The position numbers were made by a program, and so were the translations under genes. The notes beneath the pieces are model-generated. The model made no database searches, was not told the DNA's origin, and was given only the letters and a program-made list of their open reading frames with translations. From positions 1 to 25,758 of the forward strand of contig JAGVWJ010000019.1 in NCBI GenBank assembly GCA_018304385.1: a DNA stretch of 25,758 bases, given 5' to 3'. The DNA comes from Candidatus Micrarchaeota archaeon. Its GTDB lineage: Archaea; Micrarchaeota; Micrarchaeia; Anstonellales; Bilamarchaeaceae. Within the stretch, counting starts at the first letter, position 1; each line of letters begins with the position of its first letter. This document shows, piece after piece, positions 1 to 8,700 of this stretch.

Positions 1-1680
1 AAAGAAGCAAGGGAAAGATATGCTGCGCTTACAGAAAGAGTAGAACATATTGAAGGCGTTTATTTTGACATGGTTGAATGGGAAAAGAGTATAGGTGTTG
101 AGCATGAAAATCAAATGGGCTGGAATTTCACATGCAGGGAATCGTTTCTTTTACAGTTTCTGAGAGATGAAGAAAGATTAAAATTCCAGGCAGAAATTTT
201 CTTAACAGAAAGAAATCTTAGAATAGCAACAAAGGATGAAAGGATATTAAACGAAGATGAGAGGAGTCAGTATAAGACTCTGCGAAGTCTTTTGTGGATA
301 TTCACTGAAAAGATAGAAGAAGAGATTGCAGCAGGCAGGTTAAGACGCAATGATTTGCCAAAAGATACACTAGCTATATTAGATAAAGTAAAACAAACAC
401 AATTTTATAGGGAAAATTATGAGCTTGTGCATCGCGCACCGACTATATGGGATAAAAAATGGGTAGCTGGATCAGTAGAGGCTTATGATAAAATAGTTGA
501 TTTTCTTTTTCCAGCAACTTATAATTCAATGAAAAGTATTGCTAGTGGTGCAGAAACAGATTCTGCTGCAATGTTTCTAGGTAAGGTAGCATTAACAATG
601 GGCGGCAGCGTTGTTGATGCTGCTTCTTTAGTTTTGCTTAAAGGTGGTGGCCAGGCTGCTGTGCAAACTGGAAAAGTATTCGTAAAGGAGGCTGTAAAAG
701 AAGGTATAAAACAAGCAGCCAAGCAAATTCCAAAAAAGATTGCAGCAACCGTTGCTGAGCGTGGCTTAGCTAGGCTTGCAGTTGGCACTACAGTTAAAGC
801 TGGATTACTAGCATTTCCTTATTATCACAGCTATAAGGAAATGATGACTGTTTTAGATGATGAAAAAGTAAGCAGTACAGACAAGGCATTTGCTGTTGCA
901 AGATTTTTAAAAGAAATCATTATTTTTGAAAGATTGTTTGCAAAAGGACCTGTTGCATTGAAAGAAGCAATTAGAAGATTTAAAGGAGAATTTGCTTTAG
1001 CTAGAGTACTAGAATCGCGATTACTTGCATTAGTTGGCAAAACAAAGCATGCAGATGAGCTAGCAAATGCAGCATTAGAACTTACAAAGATGAAAGATGC
1101 AAAAGCAGCCACTAAATTTTTATCAGATCTTGGAAAACGATTAGGCATTCCTGCATTAGAGAATATTGCAGCTAAAACAGTTGCAAGAATGCTTGATCCA
1201 AGAACAAGAGCAGTTGTTGCGCATGCATCAACAATGGCATTTGCCATGGTATTAACAACTCGCAGTGTAGTTACTGAAACTGCAGTTAATAGAAAGAAAA
1301 AATCAGATGAAGAAATAGCATGGCAAAAGGAATACGGCAAGCTTGCACTGGATGATAAGCAGCAGGTATTGCTTAGTTCTAGCGATTATTTAGCACTGCG
1401 TATATTAGGAAGAGAAGAAAAAGAAGCAGATTTTAGCAAAGAGAATGTAAAGGAATTATTAGAAAAATATGGCAGGTATGTAAAATATTGTCAAGCGCAA
1501 TCAGTGCAAGCACTACCAGTTAGTGATTATTTATATGTTAGATTATATTACCCAGAAACTGAATCAGAACAACTCTTTGCTTATACTAAAGAATATGTAG
1601 AACTATCAGAAGATGCAAAAGGACAAGTAACATTTTCTAACTATGTAAAGTCAATGGAAGTTGCAAGGGCACTACTATAG
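1..1680 (+). CDS. C-terminal part (>559 aa, 5'-truncated by the window) of a large helical protein with Gly/Ala-rich hydrophobic segments; function unknown
   Basis: The frame is open from base 1 (KEARERYAALTERVEHIEGVYFD precedes the track ATG at 70) to TAG at 1678-1680. Hydrophobic stretch AAMFLGKVALTMGGSVVDAASLVLLKGGG at ~565-660 and a second one, VAHASTMAFAMVLTT. Confidence 0.85.
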   Translation, partial: KEARERYAALTERVEHIEGVYFDMVEWEKSIGVEHENQMGWNFTCRESFLLQFLRDEERLKFQAEIFLTERNLRIATKDERILNEDERSQYKTLRSLLWIFTEKIEEEIAAGRLRRNDLPKDTLAILDKVKQTQFYRENYELVHRAPTIWDKKWVAGSVEAYDKIVDFLFPATYNSMKSIASGAETDSAAMFLGKVALTMGGSVVDAASLVLLKGGGQAAVQTGKVFVKEAVKEGIKQAAKQIPKKIAATVAERGLARLAVGTTVKAGLLAFPYYHSYKEMMTVLDDEKVSSTDKAFAVARFLKEIIIFERLFAKGPVALKEAIRRFKGEFALARVLESRLLALVGKTKHADELANAALELTKMKDAKAATKFLSDLGKRLGIPALENIAAKTVARMLDPRTRAVVAHASTMAFAMVLTTRSVVTETAVNRKKKSDEEIAWQKEYGKLALDDKQQVLLSSSDYLALRILGREEKEADFSKENVKELLEKYGRYVKYCQAQSVQALPVSDYLYVRLYYPETESEQLFAYTKEYVELSEDAKGQVTFSNYVKSMEVARALL

Positions 1681-1700
1681 CAACCACGAAAATAATCAGA

Positions 1701-2582
1701 CTAAAAATTCATATCTGTTTTTTTAGGGACCTTTTCTTCGTCCTTTTTTAACAAGTAATAAACTGCACCTACTGCAGTCGCAATAACCGCAGCTATAATA
1801 CCTATTTTAACTGGTGTCCCTACTTTTGTAACCTTTTTAACCGGTGCACTTACTTCTCCTGGTGACGCGCCAGCTAAACCTCGTAATTCTTTTATTACTG
1901 CTTCTTCACCGCGTACTAATTCATCCATGCTAGTAGATATTCTTTCCCCAATTCCTTTATTTGCTGTTAATTCTGCTTCGCATTTAGTTATTTGACCTTT
2001 TAGCTGTTTTAATTTTGGATCAAATTCTAGATAATTGCGCACATAATAATAGTAATCTTGATGAGAAAGTCCTGTTACCCTTGTCTCTGCACGAAGTGCA
2101 TCACGTTCTTGCCCATACAAACTTTCTGGAGCGCGCCACACATTCAACATTCTTTCAACATACTCTAACCTGCGCAATTTTTTAACCACATCACCAGTGG
2201 TTCTTTTTTTATGAATATATGAATCATGTGCTTTTTTAGCAAGTTTATTTTCAATATTTTTAGCTGTATCCGTAAGAGTGGCTAACCTTCTTTCAAGTGT
2301 TGGTATTTGTTGTTCTACTTCAGTACGAATAGTTCCCAATGCATTTCTAAATGCTTCAACAGCCTCCTTTGCTCTTTGCCCACTTTTATCCCCTGAGATA
2401 TAACCTGCCATTAGTTGCTTTATTTGTTCTTCATTCGATTTCCCCGCTCTAATTAGATTCTTAATTTCTAGTGCTAATTCGGTTGATCTTCCACTTTTCG
2501 CAAGCTGCATTCCTATTGCAAAATGAGTCTTTGGTTTTTCAGCCTCTTGCGCTGCGAAAAGAAAACCTGGTCTATCTGCCAT
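1701..2582 (-). CDS. Tail-anchored coiled-coil protein, paralogue 1 (293 aa)
   Basis: GGAG SD upstream. Long amphipathic/heptad helices, one C-terminal hydrophobic helix (IGIIAAVIATAVGAVYYLL), basic tail ending KKTDMNF. Confidence 0.85.
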   Translation of the reverse strand: MADRPGFLFAAQEAEKPKTHFAIGMQLAKSGRSTELALEIKNLIRAGKSNEEQIKQLMAGYISGDKSGQRAKEAVEAFRNALGTIRTEVEQQIPTLERRLATLTDTAKNIENKLAKKAHDSYIHKKRTTGDVVKKLRRLEYVERMLNVWRAPESLYGQERDALRAETRVTGLSHQDYYYYVRNYLEFDPKLKQLKGQITKCEAELTANKGIGERISTSMDELVRGEEAVIKELRGLAGASPGEVSAPVKKVTKVGTPVKIGIIAAVIATAVGAVYYLLKKDEEKVPKKTDMNF

Positions 2583-2621
2583 TTAATCTCCGATATTTTG
2601 CGAAATGTGATATATCCAAAC

Positions 2622-3476
2622 TTAGAAATCCACTTCAGGTTTTTTTAGCGGGACTGGAACATTTTTCTTTTCTTCAAATTTATCTAAAAGCTCATTGGTT
2701 ACAAGTGCGCCAGCAGCAACTGCAAAAATTACGCCTGCTGCAACTGCAACTGGCCCCCCTTTAAATTTAAATCCTTTTGCCTCTGCCTCAACAGTTCTGC
2801 CAACTGCTGCTAGTAATGCACTTACTTCTTGAATTACTGGTTTTTCTGCTTTTGCCAATCTTTCTATATTGTTGCCTATCCTGGCGTTTACCTTTCTTAG
2901 TTCTGTGAGTGCCTCTTCACTACTTGCAATGTTCAATCTCAACTGCCCATATTTGGCATCTAAAGCCCTTTTAGCATCTAATCTCCTTGCTAACTCCGCA
3001 TCTAGCGCTTTCCCACTAAATTTTTCTTTTACAAGCTGGCCTTTGACCGCTCCTTCTATTGCTTCTGCCTCTCGCCTAAATTTACTTAAATCTGCTGCAA
3101 TTCTAGATGACCTTCCTTCTACGTTTCTGTTAACTGCCTGCAATGCTGCACCAAGTGCTTTAGCAACATCTATCGCTTTTTCTGGTTTACCCCCAGCATA
3201 TCCAGCAATAAGCTGACGAATTTTAGTTGCATTTGGCCCACCTACAATTTCTATTGTATCTTTTCTTGCTGTATCAAAAAATACCTGCGCACCAGAAGGC
3301 AATCCACCTAAGTGTTGTCTTCCTGTAGTAGTAACATGAATAGTTGCATTTCCAACTAACTTTGCAAGTTCATTTGCCAACCCAGCTACATTTCCATCTC
3401 TGCCAAGTTTCCTTCCTAGTTCAAATGCAGTTTGTGTAGCTTCCCTTCCAAGAAGTCCTAGCTCGAATACGATCAT
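2622..3476 (-). CDS. Tail-anchored coiled-coil protein, paralogue 2 (284 aa)
   Basis: ATG at 3476 is preceded by an AGGTGA SD (the track GTG at 3485 lies inside the SD). C-terminal hydrophobic helix VAVAAGVIFAVAAGALVT, tail ending KKPEVDF. Confidence 0.85.
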   Translation of the reverse strand: MIVFELGLLGREATQTAFELGRKLGRDGNVAGLANELAKLVGNATIHVTTTGRQHLGGLPSGAQVFFDTARKDTIEIVGGPNATKIRQLIAGYAGGKPEKAIDVAKALGAALQAVNRNVEGRSSRIAADLSKFRREAEAIEGAVKGQLVKEKFSGKALDAELARRLDAKRALDAKYGQLRLNIASSEEALTELRKVNARIGNNIERLAKAEKPVIQEVSALLAAVGRTVEAEAKGFKFKGGPVAVAAGVIFAVAAGALVTNELLDKFEEKKNVPVPLKKPEVDF

Positions 3477-3488
3477 TTTTATCACCTT

Positions 3489-4523
3489 TTAGAAATCCAT
3501 TTTTTTCGGGCGCTCTATTTTTTTCGGAACTTGTTTTTCCTCTTCAGGCTTTAGCATATAATAAGCTGCCGCGGCAACTGCAGCTGCTGCAACCGCACCA
3601 AGCATAACAGCAATAGGTTTTCTTCCATGCAATTCTTCTGCGACTGAACCTTTAAGCTGTCTAAGTAGATTTTCAGCACCTTCAAAAACTGGTTTTTTAA
3701 CGCTTTTCAATGCATCTATTCCACGTGATAGTTGTTCGGATACAGATTGGTACTGTATGAAAATCGTCCTTAAACGTTCTGCAGCACTAGAAAATTTTAT
3801 ATAATCTGTATTCGTTCTTAGCCCATCACCTACTAATTTATGATATTCCTTCATAAACGCATCAAAACTTGCAAAACCTTTTTTTCGCACGAGCGCATTC
3901 ATTTCTCTTGATTTTTGGTCGTGTCTTGCAAATGCCTCTCTACCCATTAATGTAAAATCCCTTTCTTCTTTCCATGCAAGAATTTCAGGGGTAATACCTA
4001 ATCTTTGTTGGACTTTCTTCTCAATTTCTTGCTCAACCTTTCTAGCAGCTTGATCAAAGCTCTCTCTTTCTAAGTTTACAAGGCTTAGTTTGTCCTTAAC
4101 ACTTCTTACAGCTGTTTCAAATGCAGTTTGCAATGCTTGTAATGCTTTTGGCCCATTTAATTTAGGATTAGCAGATACAAATCCTCTTACTAAATCTCTT
4201 ATAGCTTGTTCCTGTTCACCGCTGGATTTTTCAAGGAGTTTTATCAAATCCCTTCTTTTTGTATCATCAAATGTAGTACGCCATATATTAGTATCCTCAA
4301 TACGATTATTTGGAAACATCGCTTCCACTCCTAATGCCTTTCTTCCAGTAGTTTCTACTGCTACACTTGGCATTCTACCTTCTGTAACTAATTCTGTTAA
4401 TATTTTGGTAAGTGCTGCTGCTCCATTAGCTCTACGCGCAAGTTCTACGCCTCGCTCGAATGGCCTGATTACTTTGGTTAATTCTGTTTCCCTTCCTAAA
4501 AGACCTGGAACCTGTGCACCCAT
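3489..4523 (-). CDS. Tail-anchored coiled-coil protein, paralogue 3 (344 aa)
   Basis: GGTGA SD. C-terminal hydrophobic helix IAVMLGAVAAAAVAAAAYYML, tail ending PKKMDF. Shares GLLGRE, TTGRxxLG and IxxLxxG[YF] motifs with paralogues 1 and/or 2. Confidence 0.85.
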   Translation of the reverse strand: MGAQVPGLLGRETELTKVIRPFERGVELARRANGAAALTKILTELVTEGRMPSVAVETTGRKALGVEAMFPNNRIEDTNIWRTTFDDTKRRDLIKLLEKSSGEQEQAIRDLVRGFVSANPKLNGPKALQALQTAFETAVRSVKDKLSLVNLERESFDQAARKVEQEIEKKVQQRLGITPEILAWKEERDFTLMGREAFARHDQKSREMNALVRKKGFASFDAFMKEYHKLVGDGLRTNTDYIKFSSAAERLRTIFIQYQSVSEQLSRGIDALKSVKKPVFEGAENLLRQLKGSVAEELHGRKPIAVMLGAVAAAAVAAAAYYMLKPEEEKQVPKKIERPKKMDF

Positions 4524-4541
4524 AACATCACCAACTTCATT

Positions 4542-5093
4542 TTATTCTATTATCGGGTTGATATTTAAATCTATACCAGTTTTAGTTTTTATCTCTCCCT
4601 TTATGGCTTCTATTTTACTTTCTGTATCTAGTATCATAACGCCAATTACCCGAACTAATGCACTGGCGACATGTTCATCCACGCCTCGCAAAGGAGATAT
4701 TCTTAAGTCTAAAATTGTATGCTCTAGCCCTTCTAAAGCAATCACTAATGAATGTAATATTGCAAAAAGTTTTCTTTCAGAAAGAGATGAAATATTTTCA
4801 GGAATTGTTCCTAAAATAGAATTAAGCTGGCTGTATAATCTCTGAACACCTTCTGCATGTTCTAGTTCTGCGGAATTTTGTGCCCTACAATAAGATACTA
4901 TTCCTTGTTTTTTTATTGCTGCCCTAACCCCTTCTAAACATTCTCTATCTACTAAGGTTTTTACCTCTCTTAATGCATCGCTTCCAAAAATAAGCCTTGT
5001 TCTATTTCGCAACTGTTGTAGCTGTTCTCTTGTATGATCAGTTCTTTTTAAACCCAGTGCAGCTCCAATTCTTTGAAACGCCAAACCAGCCAT
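4542..5093 (-). CDS. Hypothetical helical protein (183 aa), possibly a degenerate ferritin-like four-helix bundle; first gene of the operon
   Basis: TTTTTAAA TATA-like box 23-30 nt upstream of ATG 5093 suggests a leaderless start. ExxH motif (AELEHAEGV) and a final helix ILDTESKIEAI. The fold call is weak. Confidence 0.7.
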   Translation of the reverse strand: MAGLAFQRIGAALGLKRTDHTREQLQQLRNRTRLIFGSDALREVKTLVDRECLEGVRAAIKKQGIVSYCRAQNSAELEHAEGVQRLYSQLNSILGTIPENISSLSERKLFAILHSLVIALEGLEHTILDLRISPLRGVDEHVASALVRVIGVMILDTESKIEAIKGEIKTKTGIDLNINPIIE

Positions 5094-5188
5094 TATTATA
5101 TTTAAAAACACACAGTTTAAAAAGGTTGGTAACTAGTTTCTGAAACCATGAAGCAAAACTTTAAAACATTACTTTGAATATTCCTTTT

Positions 5189-5533
5189 ATGTCTGAAGGT
5201 AAATCTAAAACAAAACTGTATGGTAATGAAGTAAAAGCACTTAACAAGAAAATAAAAAACAATCCAGAAGATCCAAATTTCTATTCTGATCGGGGCAAAG
5301 CTTATGCAAAATCTGGTTTCTACGCAGAAGCAATGGAAGATTTTACAAAAGCTGTAGAACTTGATCCTAAATATGTAGATGCTTATAACAACAGAGCACT
5401 GACATGTTACGAGCAAGAAAAGTATGATAAAGCGATAATGGATTTTACAAAGGCAATAGAACTAGATCCAAAAAATGAGAACGCACATAAATTCAGGGAC
5501 GTTTCATATGAGAGATTAAGAAAGAAGAAGTAA
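5189..5533 (+). CDS. TPR-repeat protein (~114 aa)
   Basis: Canonical TPR units: YSDRGKAYAKSGFYAEAMEDFTKAVELDP and YNNRALTCYEQEKYDKAIMDFTKAIELDP. ATG 5189 preferred over TTG 5174. Confidence 0.9.
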   Translation: MSEGKSKTKLYGNEVKALNKKIKNNPEDPNFYSDRGKAYAKSGFYAEAMEDFTKAVELDPKYVDAYNNRALTCYEQEKYDKAIMDFTKAIELDPKNENAHKFRDVSYERLRKKK

Positions 5534-5549
5534 ACCACCATAGTGGGTT

Positions 5550-5795
5550 ATGGACATGAACGCAGAAAAAGAAGCACTGAAAATTGTCAATAATACATTA
5601 TCCTCTATTGAAACAGTTATGAAGGATTGGAAGGCTGCAGACAAAAAAACAAAAAACAAATTTACTGAAAGAATTGAAAGATTGGAAAAATGGCACGCCA
5701 CACTAATGCAATGGAAAAAAGAATTTCTTGCAGCAAAATCTGATCAAAGATACAAACTACTTTTGCAACTACATGAAATAGGCAAGATGACATGA
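5550..5795 (+). CDS. Small helical protein (81 aa), translationally coupled to the giant gene
   Basis: Helix-turn(DWKAAD)-helix pattern. Its stop overlaps the next ATG (ATGA at 5792-5795). Confidence 0.75.
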   Translation: MDMNAEKEALKIVNNTLSSIETVMKDWKAADKKTKNKFTERIERLEKWHATLMQWKKEFLAAKSDQRYKLLLQLHEIGKMT

Positions 5796-8700
5796 GTCTT
5801 AAAGAAAAGCTTGATGAAACTGAACAAAAGGTTTCTGAAGCTAGAAAGATGCTAACTGAGATTAGCAGAACTATACCAACAAGAATGGAAGGCACAGAAA
5901 GAAGAATAGAGTCAGGAATGCAGCAAGCAGAACAACAGATTGAAAATCTTAAACAATTTGCAATCAATCTACCTGTGAATGTACCTGAGGTTTTTAAAAA
6001 AGCAGCAAAGGAAAAGGATATTTTTGAAACTGCATTGGAAGATGTAAGAGGCACTTATACTGATGAGCTAGCAGGTGAATTTGCAAAAACGCGCATACTC
6101 TTGCATGCAGGACAAACACTGTTTAAAGAAGGTCTGCGTCTCGAGAAAGAAGGCAAAACAGAGGAAGCAAGGAAAAAATTCGAACAAGCAGCAGAAAAAT
6201 TTGAAAAAGCAAATGCAATGGCATTTGCACTTAAAACATATGCTGATCTAAAAAGAACCGGTGCATCTCAGGAATTTCTTGATGCTGTAAAAAATGCAGC
6301 CAAGGCGCATATAGAAAACGTAGGTCAGAATAATGTTGAAGGAAAACGCTCCGCGCTTATGCTTCTTGCAGCTAATTCTTACATTGATCTGCATGCTAAC
6401 GGCATGTTTGAACAGGCTGCACTTGCAAAGGATTTTACTATATCGCTAAAAGATAAACCTGCTAAGGAATTCGAAATAGCAAGGGATCAGATTGCAATAT
6501 TGCAAGCAATGACAGGCACAGTTGTGCCAGATGAATTCAGGCAGGAATTTTTAAACAAGCTTGGCATTGCATTCTCATTATATAATACAGTGGATACCAG
6601 CAAGCCAAAAGAAGAGATACAAAAACAGCTTGATAAGGCTGCGTTATTTACTTCAGCTGTTTTGCAGCTAGCAACATATGCAAAAATGCCTCCTGAAATG
6701 CGAGAAAAATTAAAAGCATATGTAGCCTCGCTTTTGCAAGGATTTGAGAGCAATGAGATAACCGAGGCGCTAGTAGCAGAAATAGCATTTCGTTTTTCAC
6801 AAGAAATAGTTAATGATTTACTGACAAGAACAATTGATGGAATGAGATTTCCTAAAGAAATCCAAGAAAAAATAAACAGAATTAGAGAAAATATTAAAGA
6901 CCTCATAGAAAATGGGGAAATAGAACAGGCATTCCAGGCAATTGTTTATCTAAATACATATAGATACGGCGCATATATTGAAGCACCATTTAGGAATGAG
7001 CAGGTGCTCGAGTATGTGACCTTTTTATCCGGGCAGATTGATGAGGAGCACGGAAGAGAGATATTTGAAAGATGCATGCCTGAATTTGAAAAATTAAACA
7101 GATATGTACAAATTTATAAAGAAATAGAAAATACACGAGCACTATTCGCTGAAAGAAAGGCATCATTTGCTGCGCTTGAAAGAAGGGATAGGACTATTTT
7201 TGATTATAACAAACTTGAGCAGCAATTAAATGCAGCATTGGATTTAGCAAAGGCGGGAAATTTTGAACAAGCGATAAATGCTGTTGGTGCTGCGCATGCA
7301 GCATTTGTAGATATAGATAATGCTGCAGTCCAACAAGCAAGACAAATAGCAATTGATACGGATATTGAAGGCCTAGAACATTTTGAAGCACAGATTGCAA
7401 GATATAGAAGAGAGCTAAGTGATAAACATAAGGAATTTGCTCCAAAGATTGCTGGACCAAATCTCTATTCCACTTTAAGTAGTATATCAAACGGCCAACT
7501 GGTAGTGCTTGAGGCACAAATAAGCGTTAGGCTTGAAGAATTACGAAGAATAAGGGCAAATCCAAATGCGCACTATGAAGGAGGCGAAATAATTGCTGCA
7601 AAGGCAAGAATGCAAAAATTTGATGAAATCGTTAGATATACCTCAAGTTGCCTTGATATGTTAGCGCTTATAAATAATCTAGCATCAGACCCAGCGCTTA
7701 AAGAAAACGATCGCAGGAGATTAATTGTAATTGCCGGCTTAGTGCAAAACGCATTGGAAAAAATAGGTGCTGAGCCACCTAATTATGAAAGAACAAAAGA
7801 ACTTTTAGAACAGGCAATAACTGGAATATTTAGTATTGCAAAGGAGAAAACAGAATTAAGCGATGATCTTCTGGATCATATGAGAGACACAAAAATCAAT
7901 GTTCTTCGCAATACGCTGTCTGGTGCTTATTCAAATGAAGAGGCAGATCAGAAAGGAATAAACTACGGGCTCTATATTATAGATGCAAATATAAGTGAGG
8001 CATTAAGAGCAGCATTAACACTACCTGGCGAAGAAAGAAATAATGCAATATACCAGGCAGACTATCATGCTAATCTTTTATATGAGATGATAGAAAGCGC
8101 ACTTGCAAATGAGATTAATGCAAAATTATCTTCTCATGCATTTGAACAATGTATGGAAAGCTTTGAATTATTGCTGCAGGCACGCAGTGAAAGAAATGAG
8201 AGGGCTAAAGGCAGGGCATCGATGTCAATAGTAGAGCTATCAAAAATTCCGTCCTTGCCTATTGATGAACATGCAGGCAGCTTACGTGCTGCAATACAAA
8301 TCCAAACAGAGGCACTGCAGGCTTTAGTTGCGAAAAAAATGGGAGATCACAATGCAAGGCATAGATTGTTTATGCCAACAGAAACTGGTACTGCATTGCT
8401 AACTGATCATAAATTCCAAAGCATTATGGATGATATAGAAGGCAGATATTTTGCTAATGGGGAATTTATTCTGCATGTGCACGCACCATCTACATTCTTT
8501 GCAATGTCAATAAAAGATACTATTAGGGCTGTTCGCGGACTGCGATCGCGCTGGAATATTAGTGACGAAAGAGAGATGCAATATCAATTATTTGATATGC
8601 TTGCTAATAATCTGAATGCGCAGCGCGAATTAGTGGAGTATGCAATAACCGCGAATAGGCTGGGTAGAACCATAACAAGCGAAGAATACGGTACAAAAAT

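Noticed and set aside
519-4845. Antisense or alternative-frame ORFs (519-788, 831-1340, 2471-2764, 2869-3216, 4090-4845)
   Set aside because: They are shadows of well-supported genes, with Ser/Phe/Leu-rich antisense composition and no SD or motifs.
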